Origin: Priapulus caudatus
Lineage: Eukaryota
Reading direction: 5' to 3'
Assembly (NCBI RefSeq): GCF_000485595.1
Contig: NW_014577073.1
Coordinates: 631,420-678,469, forward strand
Length of the DNA stretch: 47,050 bases
Part shown: one piece after another, positions 35,606 through 47,050 of the stretch
Layout: the number at the start of each line of letters is the position of its first letter
How positions within the stretch are numbered: the stretch's first letter is position 1
The notes under the pieces: model-generated
What the model was told of the DNA's origin: nothing
The model's input: the letters and a program-made list of their open reading frames with translations, nothing else
Databases searched by the model: none
Made by a program: the position numbers and the translations under genes

Positions 35606-37608
35606 ATAAGCTCTTTGCTCACTGTTGCCAACCTCCTGCAGAGGTGTAGGCTTGGTAGCTGGCGGCTGTACTCGGCTAGCAGGTGAACTAGGCTACTGGT
35701 TGGGATTACTCGGCCACAACATGGCTTCTAACCAGCATTTCCAGCCAGAAGAGTTCACGAAGACTACCTGAGATCATGTGATCGTTATTCAAAGCATCTC
35801 AGCGAATGCTGAGAATCCAGCGTTCAGGTCAGGCTACTTGGTGCGTTAGCCAGTTACATATGGAAAGCATTGGCTAGGCTACATCTGCTGAAACCACTAA
35901 CTTCGAGATGACGAGGGGCATCAGGTCAACGAGAAGGTGGCAGCAAATGTCGGGCTTCAGTGAGAACAATGTGTGGTGAAGTATATTCAATTCTACCTTC
36001 ATCGGCGCGTGTGCAATGTGTGAAGTATATATGTTCTCAATGCGGGGGATGTGAATCTGTGACGCCTTCTCACCCCTCATCCGCTCCCGCTCTCCGTGAA
36101 ACGCTGATAGAACATCTCGCGTTATTAAATTTCTACTGAAAGATCGCGCGGCTGTCTCACTAAATCCGCGGCAAAATCCTGGAAGATGGCGCCCGGGATG
36201 CGTTCCTACCGGAATGCGTCTACGGAATTCGGCATTGCCGGCGAATTCGCCGAGCGGCGGGGGCGCATGCACGCAGTACTGTACGAACCGATAGACGGCT
36301 ACGCCCGTCGTCTATATACGCGGTCGCCGTTTGCGGTGCTGGCGTCGGCGGCGAAATACCAGAGTCCTACGACCGCGGATGTGACGGCATCGCCGCCGAC
36401 TCGCCGCGCGTTAATTGCAAGATTTTGATGATTACCTGGGTGCAACGCTCGGCAAACAGGCCATCGCTTGTTACGATCCAGCGTTGTCGCCGTTTTGCCG
36501 AAGATCTCTGTATTTGTGCCAACTTGTACAGTAAAAGTAGTTGTACCAGTTGGAAATTTTTTGAACAAATGTTTGCCGTAGAATTTTTATTGTCTTCCCA
36601 TCCCGGCTGCCGTGCGCGTTGTTTGTGAGCGATCGACACGCGGGAAATCTCCGATTCGAACATTTCCGATAGCGTGTGAATTTATTGGCTCGTTTGACGC
36701 GCCTCTTCTAAGCAGTTACTGTAACTCCAAGTTTACTATGATCTGCTGAGCCTTGGGGGGTATCCGCTTCTAACGTGCGCAAGTATGCAGTTGTTGTTGG
36801 GAAATCACAGCGATTACAGATTAATTTATTCTCTTCTTTCATTCTACATCTAACGCTAGTGCGTGTAGCCTAAACCGCGGATTCGTTGGTAGAAATATCA
36901 TTGCGAGCGGCGTGTGGGGTTATTCTGAATGCTAACTATCTCGTTCTTGCGCTACATGGGGATCACATATGAGATACTCGAATGAATCTAATTTCGCAAC
37001 GTTTTAGCCGGTACGTAAACCTAGTATTCTACCTCCGAGTGTTAGCATCACGGGGTGTGAAACCGTTCACACGTTACATTATGCGATCGGTTGCCGGAAC
37101 TTAAGAAACACGTTCTGGGTCTGACGACACAAGGTGGCGCCAGTTCACGCACAATGTCAAGACATGTCTGTTTCTATTTTCTTCCGCAAGACGGCAGCGC
37201 TGTAGCCGCTCTCTCACCGATCCTTCTCATATAAACGATTAACCGCGTTACGCGAAATTTTGTGCGGCGGGGTTTTTTCGTAGCTGACGTAAACACATGC
37301 GAAATATTTTCTAATTAAAAAAATGGTCTAATTGTACGAGAAGTTTCGAAAACTCTAAAAGAAGTCTCGAAAATTCGTCTGAGCAGTGTAACCACCACTT
37401 GAACTTCCGGTCTACTTTCCCATGATGCTAATTAAAATTAATTATGCAAAAGAGCATTGCAAGGAGCGACTGTGACCTCTTTCTGTGAAAACGCTTCGAT
37501 CGCTAACAGTCAGCTAATGATGGCTTCATGCATAACTAATCAGGACTCTCAAATACCCGGATGCGCGAACCATGACGTAGACGTGATCGTTAACGTGCAC
37601 GCAAATGA

Positions 37609-37644
<36 letters not shown>

Positions 37645-38045
37645 TAATATAGGATATATAACTATATATATAGTATATTATTATTTATTTATTATATACC
37701 AATATAATANNNNNNNNNNNNNNNNNNNNNNNNNNNNNNNNNNNNNNNNNNNNNNNNNNNNNNNNNNNNNNNNNNNNNNNNNNNNNNNNNNNNNNNNNNN
37801 NNNNNNNNNNNNNNNNNNNNNNNNNNNNNNNNNNNNNNNNNNNNNNNNNNNNNNNNNNNNNNNNNNNNNNNNNNNNNNNNNNNNNNNNNNNNNNNNNNNN
37901 NNNNNNNNNNNNNNNNNNNNNNNNNNNNNNNNNNNNNNNNNNNNNNNNNNNNNNNNNNNNNNNNNNNNNNNNNNNCTACTAACGAACGTAACGACCGACG
38001 GCCGTTCTTACCGTACAACAACGAAACAATAGTGTGCGCGACGAC

Positions 38046-38106
<61 letters not shown>

Positions 38107-38890
38107 TGCGAAACAATGCCACGTAAGCTTCGGGCCGCCGCTTGACGACGACGGCGGTTTGGTCTCGAGCTATCTACGTGTCGTATATAGCGGGGGTAGC
38201 CACGAGTGGATAGGTTCACAACCTCGACGCGTGGCCTGCATATATATGCTACCGCGACATGATCTCGCGTTCACGCATCGTCAGTTCGCTCATAGATTTA
38301 ATTCGTTCTTTCTTTGTCTTTCGGATGCATTCGTTGTCGTCAAACAGCGATAGACGAGCTTTTTCGTCAGTAATGGTCCTAATCAAGGTGCGCTGATTAA
38401 GAGAATGGGATGATCGCAAAGTTTCACCGTCCGTCCGCTAACTATAGTGCTCGTATTAGGTAACGCATACGCTACATGTGCGCAGTCGCACGTATTCTAA
38501 AAGATAGGGGTACGTGCGTCGTCTGCTCTGGGGATAGCGTGGGCTGAACGCCGTGTATTGAATCAACGATAAATCCTCGTTGCTTATTGTCATTTATTTA
38601 GGCCACGATATATGGCACTGTCACGCCCCTGCGTTGTGTTGTGCGTGCGCTAGCGCAAGAAACACGATCCCATGATTGCTTCTCGCGAGCAGTTTGTTTC
38701 GATAAACTGGGTCACTTTCACCCGCGGTGTGATTTTATCGGCAATTATGCTCTTGTCAGGTCTCGCGTTTCCGTGGCCCGCGCGCTGTGCATCTTGACTC
38801 TTAACCTCTTGGCGTGTCGTCTGCCCCAGTTCTCGCTCACTCGAAATGCGACTCGTTCTTATTCGTTATCCGGCATTTTGACATTGTGGA

Positions 38891-38895
38891 ACAAT

Positions 38896-38938
<43 letters not shown>

Positions 38939-38946
38939 GCAACAAT

Positions 38947-38977
<31 letters not shown>

Positions 38978-39070
38978 GCAGCAGCAGCAGCAGCAACAAC
39001 CGCAACAACGACGACGACGATGGCGATGATGACAACGACGACAAGAACGACGACGGTGGCGACGACAACC
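38891..39070. repeat. Compound (AAC)n/(AGC)n/(GAC)n trinucleotide repeat
   Basis: Directly visible. Confidence 0.9.
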
Positions 39071-39748
39071 AGGTCGACGATTATTTTGTATTGTAAAGTA
39101 CTTGTAGGTAATGCTAGAGGAGCGAATTAAGAGGGAGAAGAAAGATGTGACCCCCCCCCCCACACCCCACCCACGCCGACACCACGCTTACAACCGTAGG
39201 ATTTTTCGCAGTCTGTGGCAAAGACATCTCTCACTTGGAGCAGAGTAAGAGTACCGCAAAATTAAAAACATGCAGTCAGAATCTATCGGATTTATACCGC
39301 CTTAGTACCTGGTTAGTACCTCCCCACCACTCATCCGCTACGCATACACGGGGTAACCATCAAAGTATCCCTGCATCCGCGCAAGGTAGGCATTTAGATA
39401 TTATCAGGAGTTTTCAATGATTCGAAATTTCACCATGAGTTACTTACCAACCAACTTATATAGGAGATAAATCTTCTAACATATTACTGCAGCATTTTTA
39501 ACTCGAATGATACATGCTAATATAATGGAAAAATAAACGATAAAATCGAACTTTAAACGTGTGAGCTGCATGTATCGACGGAAGAGGGCATCGCCTCGAG
39601 ACTGAATGCATAGAGTTCACTAGTCAATGTCAAGGTCATGATTGCCACCGCCATTAATTTTGCTCTATATAAACTTTGCCTGGCGGCCATGTCGGCTTTC
39701 TGTTTGAGCGAGACTGTCTATATGCGGCGCGCGGATATACTCAGCTAT

Positions 39749-39760
39749 TCTCTCTCTCTG

Positions 39761-39829
<69 letters not shown>

Positions 39830-39920
39830 CCTCTCTCTCTCTCTCTTTCTCTTTCTTGCTCTTTCTCTCACTTTCTCTCTCTTTCTCCCTTTCTCTCTCT
39901 CTCGCTCTCACTCTTCTCTT
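39749..39920. repeat. (TC)n microsatellite
   Basis: Directly visible. Confidence 0.9.
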
Positions 39921-40769
39921 TTTCCCATGCATACGATGCTCTCTTTTCTTGGTTTCGCTCTCTTATGCCCGGTCTCCCTATCTCGTTGCTTTTTACCTCC
40001 TTATCATTCTAAGCTTATCTCTTTGCATTCTCTTCCTCTAGTTGCCCGTGCGTGTTTGTTGATTACCTTCATTTCCATTTCAGTGACGTATTTTCCCGCA
40101 ATTACATTTTTGTTTCAGACAATATGCCCACCGATCCAAGCTCGGGGCATCAGAACATAAAGGGGCGATTGTTTGCTTCCATTTTTAAACAGCACAGGGA
40201 TTGCCTACTACATGGAATGTTAACCGCAGGAGAACTTCCCCAGTAGATGAATATCGCCCGCAAATTAGAGCATTCCTGTAGACTGGTGAGAGAAAGGCGA
40301 GCAGATCGCAAAAACGCAGGCGTGGGCGGACTCGTATCTCAGTGTCTTCACCGGCTGGCAGTGTATACGTTGCATGCGACGGCAGACAGACATCACTACC
40401 TGTCTTTTGTGTACATTCGTATGCGTAACGTCGTAACATTTTTAACGCCTTGTCATTTGTCAAAAGGATAAATAAATAATTTCGTAGCGTAGACGCGATT
40501 TGCGCGATATACAATATTGCGACTCGCGGATCGATACGCGTCAGGTCAACGCCTCTCGCTTTCAGACTTCATTGCACCGAGCTGCGACGTATCAATTTAG
40601 CGAAAGCGAACACTGCTGCTGCTATTTCTGGCGATGACCTATCTCTGACCGAGTTTGTCGGCATCGTTGCTACATGATTCTCATTTTAGGGAAGTATATA
40701 TGAATAATTAATTATGAGCTCATTGAGTATTAACTCCTCCAAATGTGACATTAATGCATTCACACATCT

Positions 40770-41503
40770 ATTCATCCATCTATCCATCCATCCATCCATC
40801 CATCCATCCATCCATCCATCCATCCATCCATCCATTCATCCATCCATCCATCCACCCATCCATCCATCCATCTNNNNNNNNNNCCATCCATCCATCCATC
40901 CATCCATCCATCCATCCATCCATCCATCCATCCATCTATCCATCTATCCATCTATCCGTATCCATCACTCCATCCATCCGATCCAGTCACACTCACATTA
41001 CTAATCCATCATCCATCCATCCATCATCGATCCATGCCATCCATCCATCTATCCATCATCCATCCGTCGTCCGTCCGCTCGCTCCGTTCTCGTCCCGTTC
41101 CGTCCGTCCGTCCGCTTCGTTCGTCGCGTCCGTCCGTGCCGTACCGACCGCTCCGTCCGGTCCGTCGTCCGTCCGTCCGTCCGTCCGTCCGTCTGTCCAG
41201 TCCGCGTTCCCGTCCGTCCGTCCTACACACACCAACACCACACCCACCACACACACACACACACACACACAACACACACACACCAACACAACACACACAC
41301 ACGGGAATTACATACATAACATACATATACAACATACATACATCATACATTACATACATTACATTACATATCCCATACATACATTATACATACATACATT
41401 ACATACATACATCCATACATAACATACATAGCATACATACATACATACATAATACATACATACACTACATACATACATACATACCATACATACATACATA
41501 CAC
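40770..41503. repeat. Compound (CCAT)n/(CCGT)n/(CA)n/(CATA)n repeat
   Basis: Directly visible; contains a 10-N gap. Confidence 0.9.
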
Positions 41504-41739
41504 GCAACTGTCCGCCGTGATTAATTTCGCTCTAGTTGATGCGCTACCTGCGGGAATGCATGATACACTCCGGCGAAAGATCTAGGCACCCCGCGCAATG
41601 TTCGCACGCCTCTCATAGGAGGGCTCCTCCTCGGCAGCGGGAATCAGGTATTGCACACAAAAGCCAGATAACCTGAACTGGTCGGGAGTGTGAGTCGGCA
41701 AACACGCTTTGCCGCAGCGGCCGTGGCATGTCACGCCAT

Positions 41740-41744
<5 letters not shown>

Positions 41745-41785
<41 letters not shown>

Positions 41786-42232
41786 GACAGCGAGAGTAAG
41801 AGAGAGAGGAACAGATTATAGATAGAGAGAGAGAGAGAGCAGCGAAAGGGAAAGCGATCGAGGCGGCAAGCGAAGAGAGACGAGAAAGGAGAGAGTGAGA
41901 GAGCGAGAGGACGGCGAAAGAGCGAGCAGAGCGAGAGAGCGAGTAGAAGCGGAGAATAGCGAGGAAAGCGATGGAGAGCGAGAGAGCGAAAGAGCGAGAG
42001 AGCGAGGGAGGGAGAGAGCGAGATAGAGACAGACAGCGAGAGGTGGTGAGAGAGAGAAAGATAAATAGAGAGAAACGAAGGAGAGCGAAAGAGGAAGCAG
42101 AAGCGAGCCGAGAGAGAGAGCAGCGCAAGAAAGCGAGTGAAAGCGAGAGAGCGAGAGAGCGACGAGAGCTATGAGAGACAGAGATGAGATGAGACGGAGA
42201 TGAGACGAGAGAAAGAGACGAGCGCGCAAGAC

Positions 42233-42297
<65 letters not shown>

Positions 42298-42377
42298 CGA
42301 GCGAGAGAGCGAGAGAGAGAGAGCAAGAGAAAGAGAAAGAGAGAAAGAGAGAGACAGAAAGAGAAAGCGAGCGAGCA

Positions 42378-42409
<32 letters not shown>

Positions 42410-42453
42410 AGAGAGCGAGAGAGCGAGAGAGCGAGAGAGCGAGAGAGACAGAC

Positions 42454-42517
<64 letters not shown>

Positions 42518-42535
42518 CGAAAGAGAGAGGGGGGG
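41745..42535. repeat. Long (GA)n/(GAGC)n tract
   Basis: Directly visible. Confidence 0.9.
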
Positions 42536-44254
42536 ATAACGGATCAAGCACCGAGATATCGCCTTTCATATATAATATCGTAAAAGATTAGCATTCATTC
42601 CAAGGGCGATATTTGAAGTGAATTGTCAGACCTACCGTAGCGCGCGTACACACACACGTGCGCGCGTGTGTGCGCGCACGAATACGCGTGTGACATGTAC
42701 GTACGGGCTGTCGGTTTGAATATAAACGTGGCCTGGCCACATTGGTACACTGGTTACGGTTTTTTCTGGTAACGTCAATTTTGCGCGAAAAAAGAAACCC
42801 CGAAGATTCATTCCCCGTCACTATTCATTCTATCGCCTACACCTGTATCGTTTATCTTTGAGCAAACCAGTTTGTAGTATATTTGTTCTAGGGTTCAGCC
42901 CTTCCTTCTGTGCCCGCCCTTCATTGCAAAGGTATTATCGCTTAATTAGAAACTCGCTTCGCAACAACAGTTACTCTAGAACAATTGTATCGAGATGGAA
43001 TGCGACTGTTTAATGACGCTGATCTGAATTTCGACATCTTGTCTAAGAAAGTGGGAGATTGGGGAAGAGAATATTGTGGCGTCAGTTAGTAGCACTCATA
43101 CGCGTATATTACGCGTGCAACGTATATAGTAAAAACTCTCATTGCTAGCAAACAAAAAGCACACTCGTTGTTAGTATTATCCTCTCATTCAACTGTCATG
43201 TTCCGCTATATCTACCCTTTATATTTACGTTTATTCGCATGCGGGATCGTCATCGAAATGGTTGATTAGTTTGTTATATGCACTCGTGATCGTTGCTGTT
43301 ATTTTTCACATGCTCTAGTTGCACGCGCCCGCCTAGAGATGCTAACATCACACTTGGCTGTTGTTTGTATGAAAGAGGGCAGTTCACTAGTATATTATTT
43401 AAGATTTTTTTGTACACAGTCATTGCTTTGAAAATTTGTCTATCCCTATTATGAGCTTCGTACTTCGTGACTATTTCACTGGGAAAATGCGCTTAAATGA
43501 CACAAATCAAATAGAAACAACAAGAGATCGATCGTGTACTTGGCATTACGGAAAATGCGCGGTGCGCCATGAGAAGCATGCAGTTCTTTACCTGCGTAGG
43601 AATTACACATACGTTTCCTTAATTTTGCATTAGTCGCTCTCGAGTTAGATCTATCTGCGTGCACCAACTAAAAAACATATGCATCTTACAACTCTCCAAC
43701 AACAGTCCACCAACGTTCGGTCGAATGGAGGTTCATCGTAGAATCGTCTAACATTATTAGTGTGCGTAGTTATCGAATAGAGATTTCTAATTAATACGGC
43801 TTAATTAGCAGGTCATTAGCGAATTGATTAGCAGCCAACGTAGCAACGATTAGCTTATGACATCACCCTGCAATGCGGCAAACACTTACTGCGGCCGCAC
43901 CGTGCATGCACGTGCATCTTGCGTGTGTGTGACTGCAGTCCGGCGACCACGCCTCACCGTGGAGAGGTAGACGTGCGTCGGCAGCTCGCATATCGTACGG
44001 CGACACATGAGTCGGCACGGCGGCGGCGAAGGCGACCACAGACAAGCGAGGCCCCATGACGACTGACAGCGAACGGGGCTAAGCTCGGCCGACCATCGCA
44101 CACACACACGCGCGCGCGCACGCACACACACGCCCGCGCACGAAGTACGGAGCAACCTGGCCAACAATGGTGCGTACCCACACACCGACGTGCCAACCAA
44201 CACTCTGGTTTAAACCGATAACGCATTTAGTATGTGCGGAGAGAGCGGGATTGA

Positions 44255-44490
44255 AGGAGCAAGAAAGAGAGAGAGAGAGCGCGAGAGAGCGAGAGAAAGA
44301 ACAAGAGAGAAAAATAGAAGGGAAGAGGAAAGAGATAGAGGAATGGAGAGAATGAGAAAAGAAGAACGAGGAGTAGAGAGCGAGGGAGTGGGTGCGCACA
44401 AGAGGGAGAGAGAGCTAGAGAGAAAGGGCGAGAGAGAGAACGAGGGAAGAGAGAGAAGGAGAGAGCGCAAGAAGGCGAGCAAGAGATAGA
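44255..44490. repeat. Purine-rich (GA)-type tract
   Basis: Directly visible. Confidence 0.8.
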
Positions 44491-46977
44491 TAAGTTAAGA
44501 AAGCTAGACGCCGAGGTTGTATGTTGGAAGGGAAGCACTTGCAGTTAGAAGAGCATTTTCCGCGTTTACTGTCGGCATTTGGGCAGGTTTGCAGAAATTC
44601 TACGGACCCCGCGCCCAATCGAAAAATGCTCATAGAAACAACGTGGCTTTTTTTCGGGCGGCAAAATATTTACAGACAAAATTTGCTGGGCGTGTGGGCG
44701 AGTAGCCCTCACGCTATGTTTCTCCGCGCATGCGCGATTGATCTCTCTAGCTTTGCGCCGACGCGTTGCTAACGAGTGGCTAGTCATCGCTACATTCGGT
44801 TATAGCGACAGCAGCTCAAAACAAATGTAAACAGTCGCGAGATTACCGCATCTCCCGATTCAACCACCACCACCAACACCGCTGCGCATCGGCACAAGTC
44901 TAGTTGTGTAATCCGATTTATTGCTGTTGTTGCGAACCAATGCATAACGCGAGACGCATTCGGCAAGAATATATACATCGCAGACTATAAATCGTAGAAC
45001 GTAAGCGACTAGTCACGAATCATGGGCATGAATAGCCCGGTAGTCGTGAGGTTTGCTGAATGTGCTAAAACAGGAATGTATAAATGTTGTCAATCATGCT
45101 ATGATTGAAGGCGCTGTACGTTATATTTACTATGGCACTTATGCGAATCTTACCTCGCGATCTCTTCGCTAGCCACGCATGCATGCATAATGCCTAATCA
45201 CCCTCGACACTTCAACCCGCAGCAATACTCCGCGTTACGAAAACTCGGGTTACGGACATTCGCGCCCAGTCAAAATTCGGGTATTATATGACAAGTAAAC
45301 AACGATATTAACTAAATAAATGCTAATCATTCGCTTCCGTAACGCGGGGTAATACTTTGTGCGTCTCATTTTCGCTCACAGCCGGACGCATCAGACAGAA
45401 AACAAGACGAAGAAAAAAGGTGACCTTGCCGTATTATTTTACATGCTGGTGATTTCCATAGCGGAACAGTCTGCGTCGCCCGCGCATGCTATATCTAGTC
45501 TCGTGTGAGCATTCTTAAGCAGAACAAGAACGACCGCATGGTAACTGCGGGACTTTAATCGAGTCTGGCACCGCCCCAGTAATCTCTATGAGAATTGCAA
45601 AGACCGCGTAATTACACGTAGAACGAGCTTTTTGTCCGGGCCGGCAGAACTATGAATGATTTGACAGTCGCGGTTCAGCAAGCGTGCGCCGGACGGCGAT
45701 ACACGGCGCAGGCACGCTCATGCATGCAGACCCGTCGCGTTTTTAACGTACCTGGATGTTATTAGTCGCAGGATTTGCGTCTAGCGCAACGATTTCCTGC
45801 ACACGGTCGGCACACCTACCCCAGGTACGCCTTCCTTGTACACCTGTATTGACCTTCTGACCGACCTTATGTTCACGTGCTATCGGTGGAGTAATCGCGC
45901 GCTCCCGCGCCTGATTTGTCGGGGGGGGGGCGGGTTGTGAGAAAACATGTGCACAGGCGCAGTTTGCATGCGAGCATGAGAAAGAGCGCGGAGGAGAGGG
46001 AAACCGGAAAAGAATGACAAAGAGTGCGAGAGAGCTAGTGTAGATGAGAAGTAGAGAGAAAATTCTTGAGAAAAGAAATGAGAGAGCGGTGCAAATACAG
46101 AAAAAGGGACGGATAGCGAGTAGGAGAGAAAGATAGATATAGACAGACAGATAGACGGACGAACGGACGGACGGACGGACGGATGGACGGACAGACAGAC
46201 AGATTCACAAAGAAGGAAGGAAAGGCAGACGGAGAGAGCGAGAGAGAAAGAAAGGAGTGCACGAGGGGGAGGGAGAAACGTAGAAAGCAGGAGAGAGAGA
46301 AATACCTGGAGTACAATCCTCTTTTATGTCTCCCGGATTCCATCCACCACACATCACATGCCAGCTGTTATAGAAAAAGCAAGCTACCGTGACTGTTTAA
46401 TGTGCTCCAAAGTGGTCTACTAGTCGTTTTTGAATCCGATTTGTAGTTGGCGAGCAACAATAAGTGCATTTTGTTCAGAGGTAGACTAGAAGTGCCAACT
46501 ACATGTGGTAGGGTTAACCACATTGTAAACAGAGTGACCTGTGCGACCCCTCCACTAGTCAGATGTACATGTATTTAATTTTAGGTTTGATAATTAACAT
46601 AGTGCTACAGACATGATTTGATTAAGCGTATGTGCAATAGCACCAACTTACGCGTCATGTAGACTATGTTTAAAGTAATATTGAATTGAAGTTCCTAAAT
46701 TAAACTCATCACTGTTGTTTAGTTTGGGCATGTTTTTATCAGAAACTTTTTTATTATTTCCGCCTTTTACATGAGCATTTAACATCTGTGCGTATGAACA
46801 TTGGTATATTGCGAAGTTCATGTATTCGCTTTAATCAACTCATTTCATAAACATTTCTGTCATTTTTATGATCATAAACGTTTAGAGTGAATCTTATTTC
46901 AACGCCAACATACTTGACAACAGATCGACGCACATCGGCGAGATCTCGCGAGATACGTGTCGGTCGACGTTATCAGC

Positions 46978-47050
46978 GACGATCGTGGGTGGGAGAGAGC
47001 TAGACGATCGTGGGTGGGAGAGAGCTAGACGATCGTGGGTGGGAGAGAGC
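46978..47050. repeat. 25-bp tandem repeat running off the window end
   Basis: gacgatcgtgggtgggagagagcta repeated about three times. Confidence 0.9.

Noticed and set aside
35874..36663. Cluster of overlapping GC-rich ORFs
   Set aside because: No recognisable domain or consistent splice structure; may be regulatory or repeat-derived.
38641..39163. Poly-Asn/Asp, poly-Leu and poly-Cys ORFs
   Set aside because: These are trinucleotide microsatellite translations with no supporting exon structure.
41739..42583. Long SL- and RE-rich ORFs (also HT/VC ORFs elsewhere)
   Set aside because: These are dinucleotide microsatellite translations.

Overview
Repeat-rich animal (invertebrate-type) genomic DNA from a draft assembly: GT-AG introns, abundant microsatellites, TTAGGG-like tracts and five N-gaps. 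The species cannot be fixed from sequence alone. Manual splicing gives three protein-coding loci, all on the minus strand. (1) A neurotrophin (NGF/BDNF/NT family) prepro-protein exon at 31311-32060, with signal peptide, furin site and six-Cys cystine knot. (2) An 8-exon gene at 10244-18479, fragmented in the ORF track, encoding a 6-TM PAP2-fold protein most like the PLPPR/plasticity-related pseudophosphatases. It keeps motif C1 but has lost both catalytic histidines, and one intron holds a ~4.2 kb array of ~545-bp repeats. (3) A 4-exon fragment at 3675-5255 whose spliced product resembles a ParB-type domain followed by the start of an N6/N4 DNA-methyltransferase-like segment (DPPE). The window also holds a Kolobok-like element with TTAA duplication and a nearby empty-site copy, a MITE inside a 179-bp tandem repeat, and a decayed LINE fragment. 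Several indel-rich duplicated blocks are probably gap-filling or haplotype artefacts. Most of the listed ORFs are microsatellite or antisense artefacts.
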